A stretch of 64,000 nt of DNA from Macrostomum lignano. Its lineage: Eukaryota. A program made the translations under genes and the position numbers. Numbering within the stretch: position 1 is the stretch's first letter; each line of letters begins with the position of its first letter. Of this stretch, positions 22,331 through 32,141 are shown piece by piece. Location of the stretch: positions 248,001-312,000 of the forward strand of contig NIVC01000031.1 in assembly GCA_002269645.1 (NCBI GenBank). The letters are read 5' to 3'. Below the pieces are notes generated by a model. It had not been told where the DNA came from. It did no database searches and was given only the letters and a program-made list of their open reading frames with translations.

Positions 22331-25124
22331 TAAACAGATAAGGACTAACTAGCCAGCATAAATGAATAGCCCTGCTGTACCAGACAGTGAATTTGATGAT
22401 ATAATATGCAATAAATATCTAACCGAGGTCTCACTAAGATATGTTTTTGTAGACGAATTGCCTATTTAGCTATTCGACTACCACTCACGCATTTATACAG
22501 CTGAGATCTGTAAGCGGACTGCTAATGTTGAGCAGTTTCATCTGCCATCTTCTCAGGTACTTACTTGAATACTGACTGGACGTGGCGGTGAATAAATGTT
22601 CACGAGAGTTTTACAAATTGTGAACGTCAGACATCCGATTAACAGAGATAAATTTTATTAGTATACAATAACCAGCTTGCAGTTGTGCATTTAAGGTCGT
22701 GGGATCTGATGGATGGGTGGGAGTTGATGGATGGGTGGGATCTGATGGATGGGTGGGATCTATGGGTGGTGGGATCTGAGATGTGGTTGGGATCTGGTAC
22801 GTGCGTAGGATGTGTTTTTCATTGTTCCCAAAGTGTTTTTCATTGAACCGTTGCAGGAAAATCACAAAACTCAATCTCACCTGCGATCGGCCTTGCCAAC
22901 AATCAGCACTGGCAGTTTCTGCCCGTAAGGCCGGCTCAGAAACGGCTCGTGACCAGCCGCCACGTAATACTTCTCGTGCTCGATGTACTCCGGCTTCCAA
23001 ATACGCCGGCCGCTGATGTCGTAGAGTCTGAATGGTTTAGTTCAGTGACTTTTAGCTACACTCTAAAACTGATTTTCCTATACACACTGATCTGAGGTAC
23101 TCAAAGGTGCTCACTTTCTAATTGCTCGATTCGATGGTAGCACTACTCGCTCTTCGACAGCTTTGAGCACGGAATCAATGGAAGCCTGCTCGCTGGGCTT
23201 GAGCAGTACGACAATGGCCGGGGTGAACTCGTCACCATTTCGGTAGACTCTGAATAGTAGAAAATCGCGAATTTTCCGGATTTAATACAATACGATTGTC
23301 GTGATTCTATTGCCACATAAGGTGATTTTCAGTACTTACCGGATAGACTTAGACTGAGTACTGATAACGTCTATTTGAGCATTGAATCGGGGCTTGGTTG
23401 ACATCAGCTTTCTGTTGTGAAAAACTGGTCGAATCTGGGGGAATGAATTGCAGAGATATATGGAAGCTTTAAACAGCAAATTTATATAGTGCAGTCAATT
23501 TCTTACCGGCTCCAGTACGACTCTGTTGTTAGCCAGATTGCGGCGAGGGCTAACGCCCGTTGGCGAGTGGTCCCGCGCCGTCTCAGGACCGCCGTGACCT
23601 GCGCCTGTCTCATCCTCGGGTACGTACCTGCGATTGAGTATGATTGACTGACTGACTGACTGACTGACTGACTGACTGACTGACTGACTGACTGACTGAC
23701 TGACTGACTGACTGACTGACTGACTGACTGACTGACTGACTGACTGACTGACTGACTGACTGACTGACTGACTGACTGACTGACTGACTGACTGACTGAC
23801 TGACTGACTGACTGACTGACTGACTGACTGACTGACTGACTGACTGACTGACTGACTGACTGACTGACTGACTGACTGACTGACTGACTGACTGACTGAC
23901 TTGAAGGAGTGAGTGTCTGACTGACTGACTTGAAGGAGTGAGTGTCTGACTGACTGACTTGAAGGAGTGAGTGTCTGACTGACTGACTTGAAGGAGTGAG
24001 TGTCTGACTGACTGACTTGAAGGAGTGAGTGTCTGACTGACTGACTTGAAGGAGTGAGTGTCTGACTGACTGACTTGAAGGAGTGAGTGTCTGACTGACT
24101 GACTTGAAGGAGTGAGTGTCTGACTGACTGACTTGAAGGAGTGAGTGTCTGACTGACTGACTTGAAGGAGTGAGTGTCTGACTGACTGACTTGAAGGAGT
24201 GAGTGTCTGACTGACTGACTTGAAGGAGTGAGTGTCTGACTGAATGACTTGAAGGAGTGAGTGTCTGACTGACTGACTTGAAGGAGTGAGTGTCTGACTG
24301 ACTGACTTGAAGGAGTGAGTGTCTGACTGACTGACTTGAAGGAGTGAGTGTCTGACTGACTGACTTGAAGGAGTGAGTGTCTGACTGACTGACTTGAAGG
24401 AGTGAGTGTCTGACTGACTGACTTGAAGGAGTGAGTGTCTGACTGACTGACTTGAAGGAGTGAGTGTCTGACTGACTGACTTGAAGGAGTGAGTGTCTGA
24501 CTGACTGACTTGAAGGAGTGAGTGTCTGACTGACTGACTTGAAGGAGTGAGTGTCTGACTGACTGACTTGAAGGAGTGAGTGTCTGACTGACTGACTTGA
24601 AGGAGTGAGTGTCTGACTGACTGACTTGAAGGAGTGAGTGTCTGACTAAATGAGCAGGTGCGGGAGCAGCACAGCTATACTCACGGCATCGGCTTGAACC
24701 TCTCGCCTCTAGCCAAGACCACATAGTGCCCCTTGTCCTCGAGAGAGTCCAGGTCAGCCACTTTGCGCCGACCCCTCCTCGGCGTGACGACAGTTCTCAC
24801 GGCACCTCTCAGAGGATTCACCGAATGAGTTGCCTGTTCAAGAAACACGTCCCAGTCGCGAGTTTGGCGCGGGTTCAGAACCAGCTTCTTCGACGGGGCG
24901 AACACGTCACCGTTTCGGTACAGATAGACGCTCTTGACGCTGCTGGTGGAGCTCCGCGAGCTGGCCGTGGATGAGGAGCCAGCGTTGTCCCGTTGGGTGC
25001 CGCCACTACCGCCACCTCCGTAGCCACCAGCTGGGTCGGCGTGCTGACCTCCATTTTGCTCAGCGGCATGAGCAGTGTCAGCAGCAGCTGGTTGATAATT
25101 GTCAGCTTGATGCGCTGTCGCCAT
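19414..25124 (-). CDS. Tandem doublecortin (DCX)-domain protein, DCDC2-like, with polyQ tracts and five IQ-like motifs. Exons 25124-24685, 23627-23507, 23434-23340, 23249-23115, 23027-22881, 21422-21366, 21201-21102, 20310-19414
   Basis: DCX1 reads VYLYRNGDVF...WDVFLEQAT...LDSLEDKGHYVVLARGERFK. DCX2 reads VYRNGDEF...IDSVLKAVEERV...AIRKLYDISGRRI...YYVAAGHEPF. All splice phases are compatible. The terminal exon has AAxxIQSxx[KR]GxxxRK-type repeats. Confidence 0.85.
20633..20819 (-). CDS. Candidate alternative exon of the DCX-IQ gene (phase 2 in, phase 0 out)
   Basis: Pyrimidine-rich acceptor TTTTTCGTAAATTTGAAG and an open frame GRRNLYSNTDSQSSNNFQAFDDDSTGNESDADAEQRS...WPNNDQ. The donor CAG|GTCTTG is weak. 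Confidence 0.35.
22175..22330. repeat. (GACA)n microsatellite, intronic
   Basis: Read directly. Confidence 0.98.
22700..22795. repeat. Short 18-bp G-rich tandem repeat (GGATCTGATGGATGGGTG)
   Basis: 4-5 degenerate copies. Confidence 0.75.
23645..24648. repeat. (GACT)n microsatellite (23645-23900) continuing into a 29-bp minisatellite (TGAAGGAGTGAGTGTCT + GACT x3), about 26 copies
   Basis: Read directly. It matches the 29-aa periodicity of ORF 23495-24724 and fills intron 1 of the DCX gene. Confidence 0.97.
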
Positions 25125-26319
25125 CAGAAGTTGATTATTTGAAGAAATATTAGTTGAAGCTACTTAGTTTTTAAGCTACCAAAACTTGCATAGCGTCTTT
25201 AATATTCGAAGTAAATAAGTTGATATTCAAATATCTTAAGATAAGAAAGTGTAGATAATCAGTTAAGTGTTTTTTTTAAGTCTAAGCTAAAGAGTCCAAC
25301 AAGTCAGTGTATAATATTTTCTCGTAGTATATAATTTTTATAAAGATCGCGCATAGAAAACTGAATTCGCGCGCAATTTAAATTGCCGTTGTCAATGACA
25401 ACATAAGAGAAGAGAGCGGCGAGGAGTGGGAGAGAGAGACGGCTGGAGTAAAGAGCAATTGCAATGTGCAATTCTGCACTGAGAAAAGGAGCTGAGAGGC
25501 TTGTGCAGATTTTACCTCTTGGCTGTATAACTGACTGATTGGCTGGAGCCAAGATAAAATGTCTGCACTGCAAGGTAGGTGGTAACGCAAAGCGCAGCAC
25601 AAGCGTATAGCACATCGCACAATAGGTCAGGACTGGTTGAGCTTATTGAAGAGTAGATAGGGAGACAGAGAGACAGAGAGAGAGAGACAGAGAAGAAAGG
25701 AAGAGACCTTGAATGAGTCGAAATTTGCTCGTTTATAAGTAGTTTAAGCTCAGTGTAAGCCAGTGTGAGGTGGGTCTGAGCCTTTAACTTCACTGTTCTC
25801 GTGGCAAAAAGGCTATTAAACAGAATTTTAATCGGTTTTGGGTCTTTTTGTTTGAATAATTTTGGGAATAATTTCTCAAAGAATATGGTACTGCCTGGGA
25901 TATACAGTACATGTAGTGCCATTGACTTGAAACAGCGTGTGGGCGGAGAGGATCGCACATTCCGCTAGGCCCTGGCAACCAATGACTTCCATCGAAATGA
26001 TGTCGCTCAGGCCGGGGTGAGCGGGGGGCGCTCCTCGGGGTACATTAAAGTTGATTATAAATTCCTGTTAAATAAATAACTGTATTCAATAAGTGTAACT
26101 GTTAAATAAATGTATATATATTTAGCAACACTATAGAACCGGATTGGAAATGCTACAAACGACTTCTACGTAGGTAAGTAAGTAACATAGGTAAAGCTAA
26201 TCATGAATTACAGAAATAAAAAAGAATATCAATAACAAAAGGTCCGTTTCTGCTTTAGAGGTATCAACATTTGGGCTCAAAATCAGGCCAACGACCGCTA
26301 TAGTACAACAATTGCATTA

Positions 26320-26840
26320 CAGTGGTCCTTAAAGGAACAGCAAGCCGTTTTTCGCCCATTAAACTACCAAGAGGGGGGTGGGAATCCCCACTGACAATTT
26401 TTGCTGCACCAAACTGGAGCAACACAGGCGTACGAAATTCAAGAACACGGGCTAACTTTTTGTTGCGCACCTTCTCAAACATGAATCAAGTCACCAGCAC
26501 TCCGGACCATCGAGATATTCGACGATTCTGCCAGAAGGTCTGAATTTTCCCATAAGCGCCAGTGTATTCAGTACACCCCTGTGCGCCAATCAGCACTGCG
26601 CCTCAGTGCAGCCTTGCCAAGCCTCCAAATTTCATCAGCACGTCGACCACACGTGTCTGCCTCAGCTCTAACTTAGTTGATCACTGGCCTTCACCCAGAC
26701 GGAGCTTCTGGACCTTCAACAGGTGGTACCAGGTGACTATGAAAACCCTGGTGCGAATTTCTCAAGTTTCGCTGATCAAGCCTCGACAGTGGGCAAGCCT
26801 CAACTGCTGGACATCCTCAGCTAGTCTCTCAAGCAATCCG
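26320..26840 (+). mobile_element. Truncated copy of the non-autonomous DNA element family found at 35121-35447 and 35807-36573
   Basis: Shares long blocks such as AAATTCAAGAACACGG...CGATTCTGCCAGAAGGTC and TTTCCCATAAGCGCCAGTG...CAACTGCTGGACATCCTC with those copies. It begins TTA|CAGT. Confidence 0.7.
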
Positions 26841-27668
26841 TCATCATCCGGACGCCGTTGGCACCTTCAGCAGGTGGCACCAGGTGACTATGGACAGCTT
26901 GTCAGCGATGAATTTAATTTATTCATTATTTCTGTAAAGCCAACTGCAGCTGTGTACCATATTTTGAATGCTTCAAAAAGGAATGGAAGGAATGGAAGGC
27001 CAGAGCATTTATTTTCATTTCTGATGCCATTCAATTAGTTTTGATGGGTGCAATTGTTAGTTTAGATACTTCTACAGTGTAAGCAAGTAAGGTATATTTT
27101 AAGATTAGGGTCATACTGTGTGTACAATTATATATACACGTCAGCACTACTCAAGTTAGACGGACAGGAAACAAAATTTCTTGGAAAATATTTTGGAGGG
27201 GAGTTTACCGAAAAAAACATTACGGAGAATGGAGGTTTTAATTTTTAAAAAATACATTACGGAGAATGGAGGTTTTAATTTTTTAAGTACACAATTTTTA
27301 TTGTTCTTAATAAGAGGAAGACCAGATATAAACTTTTGATATGTAAGCAAGGGTTGAGAATGTCGAACAAAGTAAACGAAGTACGAGAGTAATATATTGG
27401 CATCAATGATCGATATAGCATTAAATTTATAAATTGTCAGCGATAGAATAACGATTATGAATAAAAACGATTTACCTCTCAGGGGCAGAGGATAGAATGT
27501 ACAGAGCCACGTGTACAAAGAGCTTGTGACCAAAAAGAAGGAATAACACAACAAACACAAGCACGAAGGCACAAACATGGGGAGACGACAAAGGCATAAA
27601 AATCGCGGAAAAGAGTTGAAATACGAATTTTTATTCCACTGTCAAGACGACACTAAGCAAAAAGTCCG

Positions 27669-30250
27669 TCACCAGGTCGTCGTGTAAAAATCAGGCGGTC
27701 GACGCTGCCTACTTGACCGACAGACCGCGCTGCCGGGTTCGGCCGCGACGGGATCGCGCAGCTTACTCCCAGGCAGAATCTGGTCCTGGTCTTGCTCCTC
27801 AAAGCAGGTTGGTGATCTGGAACTACACCGCAGCTGCGAGGGCTGTCCGGAAAGTAGTGTTACTTTTATTTGTTGTGGACGTTTGGTAGGCTGCATTGAC
27901 ATAAATTTGGATTTTGGTGTCGTTTGAAAGCGGCAAGTCTCTTCTTTAAAATGACTTAAACCGCGATTGATTTGGATTTGTATTTTAAGAGATATGTGGA
28001 CTTAAGTAGAGGGATGTCGGTCATAGAATTACAAAAGCTCAAATACGAGCGTACCTGCTAAAATTAGCATCCTGCTCAATGGCAATCGATATTTTTTGCA
28101 TGCATGAGTTGTTTTATGGTCAAATTTGACACGGTGAAAAGCTTTCTCAAAAGAATACGGCTTGCATCAGTTGTGTCAAAAAATCTTCACTGTTGCTCAA
28201 TTTTGATCCATTAATCGTCAAATGGACGTGCATTCAAAGACGGTAGCGACATGCCATCTTTACACTTTGGAGCTCCGGGTGCAAAGCAGCTGATATTCAC
28301 AAGCAACTCTGAATTGCGCAAGGCGACAATTCCGTCAGCACGATGACAGTGAACAGTAGGTGAAAGAGTTCAGGGATGGAAGAACTTACATGAACTGGAA
28401 CTGAACTGACTGAAGGTCAGGACGCCCCTGAGATCCATGTAATCGGCGGCTCCATTCTCGACTTGATTCATGCAGACTGTGTCCGGCACGATGTTCTCCT
28501 TGCCCGGCCGGCCGATACGTGATCTCCAGCGGAAAGTCAACCTGCAAGCCGACCTGCCGGCTCCTTAGCATTGAGCAGTCGGATGATCTGTTTGCAGTAG
28601 GTGAACGCCTTGATCTTGCTGCTGTTGCTCAGGTACATAAGAAACTGCTTGAGGCTCCAAACGATTGCGAGCAGCTCCCAGTCACTAGTAGTGCTGTGTG
28701 TAGTGAGTAAACTCGGTTATCGCGAGGTAGAAATAGTGGGGCTTCACAGGAGCCCGCAATCAGTAAAGATATATTTGGGGTGCAGCACCCCTCCGATTCA
28801 TATTGATTCGGCGTGGTCCGATGTACATAAGTTAATTACACATGCGACCTTGACTCACACGGTGGTTCAGCGCTCCGCCTTATTTAGCGTTCGGGATGCA
28901 TAGGTCTTCGCGTTCCTGGCTGAGCACCGCACCCAGTGGGACAGTACGGCTGTCAAAGATAATAATAATGGGCTTGCTAAAGTCGGGTAGCTGAAGAACC
29001 GGAACCACGGTTCAGTACGTCCTTCAGCTTGTTCAGAGCCGCAGTATGTTCGGCTGTCCATACAAAACTACCGGCGCCTTTCTGGGCCAGATGGTGCAGC
29101 GGCTTGCCGATATCAGTGAAGTTAGGTACAAATCGACAGTAGAAACTGAGCATCCCGATGATGCGCCGGACATTCTCCTCAGACTGAGGCCCCGGCATCT
29201 GCCTGATCGACTCAACATTCTCCGCAGCCGGTGCGATGCCGCTCTCAGTGATTTGGTGTCCTATGAAAGTGCCAGGTAAGTGTTGTGCTACAGGCAGGAT
29301 CGCGACTCTGATTATCTCAGTGAACGAGCCGAAGATGGCGTCAGTCAACTGGCCGGACTGACTTCGGACTCTGAGCGAGGGATCGCGTCAAGAGACTTGA
29401 TCAGCCCGTCCCTATTGCACGAATTAATCCCCGCCAGTCCCTCAAATGAGAAAACGCGCGACTCACTCTTTTATCTTCACGAAGCAGCGGCGATGGCAGT
29501 AGGGAGGCTTCTCTCAACTTCGCTCTTCAGTTCTGGCTGGGCAACTTCTGAGTAACCGAGTATAACTTCGGGTCTGATTGCAATACTAGAACTTATAGCT
29601 GTGTCTTGCACAATTCAACCAAAAAGATGCCTCCCCTACCGCCGCTCCTGCACACATTTATATTTACGCTAGCTGGTTGAGCCCTGGGGTATCGCTGCCC
29701 CAGGCCCAGCTAGCCAAAATTACGATCGTCTTATAAAAGTTACAAAGTCGGGGTCGCGATTGGAGGGGGGAAAGAATACAAACCGATTGGCTGGACCACC
29801 AGCCAATCGCAGGGCGAGCGAGGGGGCGCACTGGAGCCGCAGCCAGCCAAAACCGGCTGACCTAACAGACAGTGGGGTGGGTGCAACTGGGGGGGGGTTG
29901 ACGCAGACAGAATGGGGGAGCGGGTTGGCGCAGGCACGCGGCCGAGAGGGGTGGGAGTGCAGTGCCGGGCACACTTGACCGAGAGCCAGAGATTGCTCAT
30001 CGGTGCAAGTCTACCCGGGCACAACATAAGCAAAGACGCTCTTGCCGTGATTCAGCTTCAGCTTAGCTCACCGCAGTTATTGGAATACCTTGGACAGTGA
30101 CTTGAGGTGGCTCTACAAATCCTTATTTAAAATGACCAGGTCCTCGATGTAGGCAGGACCTCTTCCCAGCTCAGGCCGGCCATGGTAAGCTCTATCATTC
30201 GCTGGTAATGTACGTCTCAGGCGCGTTGCACAAACTTTGGCGCATGTCGA
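27669..30250 (-). mobile_element. Decayed Ty3/Gypsy pol (RT, RNase H, integrase tail) interrupted by a solo LTR
   Basis: RT core LCNAPET..QRMIELTMAGLSWEEV.AYIEDLVI...KLKLNHGK (30250-30031) continues at 29280 as FIGHQITESGIAP...GMLSFYCRFVPNF. RNase H reads PDFSKP...LGAVLSQE and EITYRP-GKENIVPDT. Integrase tail reads RSSRQRRPPDFY. Many stops and frameshifts. Confidence 0.85.
29281..30026 (-). mobile_element. Solo LTR, 746 bp, with 4-bp target duplication TAAG
   Basis: Termini TGTTGTGC...GCACAACA form a perfect 8-bp inverted repeat, flanked by TAAG at 29277-29280 and 30027-30030. Removing it rejoins the RT frame. TATAAAT lies on the minus strand near 29660. Confidence 0.85.
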
Positions 30251-30301
30251 TCGTGAAGAACCAAAAGCTAACAAAATTGATCTAAATTATAAAATTAAAA
30301 G

Positions 30302-31057
30302 TGTTGTGTCTCGGCCTAATGGCCGCTGGACGGGTCAGGGTTCGGGCCCTCCCGCCTGAGACACCCCGGTCCCAGCCCTCTACCCCGGCTATTCCTACCC
30401 TGTCTCGCTCGGTTCGGCGAGAGTTCGCCTGACCGAACACCCTGGGATCGGCGAGAGTTCACCGTTCCCAGGTCCCTGCAGATCCCGGCCCCACGCGGCA
30501 ACCCAGAAGAACGAAAGCTCGAGCTCACCTCTTCTTGGTGTATCGAGTTACTAACGAAGCGTTAGAATTGGCGAAGCGTTTATTGGCACGGAGCAGTTAT
30601 TGGCACGAAGCAGTTATTGGTACGCAAAGGGCAGAGGTACGCCGAAGAACGGAAAAAAAACAGAAAGCACGAAGCAGACACCAATAGAGAGTAAACGTGG
30701 AGCGCAGCCCGCTCAGGGCTAGCATTTAAATAATACACAAAAAAGGGGGAAGGGGTGGGGCAGACTGGAGAGGGCGAGCCAAACCCTGGGGCCCAGCCGG
30801 CTTATCAACCAGCCAGCCAATACGAGCAGCCCCAGGGTGAGGCGGGCAACGAGGGAGGGGGGGGGGTAGGGTCGGCACCCAGATTGGACAGAGATTGGGC
30901 CGGGGGCTGGGTGCAAAGGGCTAGGCCATGGTTGAGACTTACGCCTCTCACAAACCCTGGCCCGGGCGCGAGACGGGGGACGGGGGCGGGGCGGGGTGGC
31001 ATGAAAACTGAAAACAAAAGTACGAGTACATACACACTGGAAGGGCGCAGCCCAACA
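30302..31057 (-). mobile_element. Second solo LTR, 756 bp, with 4-bp target duplication AAAG
   Basis: Termini TGTTG...CAACA with AAAG on both sides. Length and G-rich/CCAAT architecture are similar to 29281-30026. AATAAA is present on the minus strand. Confidence 0.7.
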
Positions 31058-31290
31058 AAAGATTTGCTATAATGCTTGCAATTCAGAGACTGCATTCCGG
31101 TTGAAAGTTTTGCTTGACTATAGCTAGACAGTTAATCCGGGCTGCAGACTGGAAATTTGGTGTTTCCTACAGAGCCCCTGACAGAGCATCACGAACTTTC
31201 GCATCCCGCTATTAAATGTTACTATAGCAGTGTTTGACTTTACATAGTTCAGTTTTACTGCGTTTTTTAATTAGAAGTTTCAGTTCAAGA

Positions 31291-31783
31291 GTTATAGTTA
31301 GCCTAGGCGTGTTGAGACGGGGTGAAACCATGGATGAATAATATAACTGGATCGCCAGAAGCTCGATTTTTTTAGCTCGACTCCAAGCTCGACTCCAAGC
31401 GTAAAACATCCAAGACATAAAATAGAATACTTATAAATAAAGGTTTGCAGCTTCTGCAGCGGCTATTTGTCTATGTGTGAAAGTACGGCATTATGAGCTT
31501 CTTGTTATGCTGGTGCTTGTCTATGGCTAGGACCAAAAAATCGAACTTCTGGCGATCCAGTTATATTATTCACCCATGAGTGAAACCGACTGAATGCATT
31601 GGAGTAAATGGGATTTTACCATAGACAGTCTCAGCGGGCTGTGAAACGCGGTTTCACGCCCGCTAACTATAACACTAATATGGATGGGCTGCATCGGGCC
31701 GAAACGAGCTAACACTCCTCGGCGCTACGCGCCTCGGCGTTATAGCTCAATTCTGCCCTCTGCAGCCCAACAATATTGGTATA
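31291..31783. mobile_element. Composite insertion: TIR element 31291-31673 plus a foldback of about 110 bp (31674-31783)
   Basis: GTTATAGTTAGC / GCTAACTATAAC inverted ends and an internal hairpin AGCGGGC-TGTGAAAC-GCG-GTTTCAC-GCCCGCT. A second partial copy of the foldback lies at about 34037-34095. The whole block is absent from the duplicate segment at 35455-35806. Confidence 0.6.
31329..31578. mobile_element. hAT-type MITE, 250 bp, with TIRs of about 45 bp and an 8-bp target duplication (7/8 match)
   Basis: CATGGATGAATAATATAACTGGATCGCCAGAAG... / ...CTTCTGGCGATCCAGTTATATTATTCACCCATG, flanked by GGTGAAAC and AGTGAAAC. Confidence 0.75.
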
Positions 31784-32141
31784 ATATTTCTACAAAGTAT
31801 TTGTGCTGTGATCTGAATACGGTGCCGTAACTTCAAAGTCGGGCAGGGCAGGAATTCCACGGAAAAAGAGGAGAAAATTGATCAGAAGTCAATATCGAGT
31901 CAAAAACCGAAGTGTTGCTTTAATTCCTGTTCTAGAGAAGCTAAAGTAATGAAGAGAGATTACTATAAAAAATTGAAGAATGCTGCACTCTTATACTATT
32001 TAAAGGAGCCTTCCATGCAAAAAGTTTTAAATAATTTTGGCAAACCAAATTCTTCAAAACAATTCCACGACTGCTTCTATTTTTTAACATTGTTTTGGGG
32101 CTCTCAAACCTTGCACAACGTCGAGAAAAAAATCGATAAAA

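Noticed and set aside
22555-22580. Possible micro-exon (CAG|TCAGTATTCAA|GTAAGT on the minus strand)
   Set aside because: The 11-nt form shifts the frame, and the in-frame 15-nt form needs a weak donor. It cannot be supported without RNA data.
27150-27660. 3' LTR of the decayed Gypsy element
   Set aside because: No polypurine tract, inverted termini or partner LTR could be identified.
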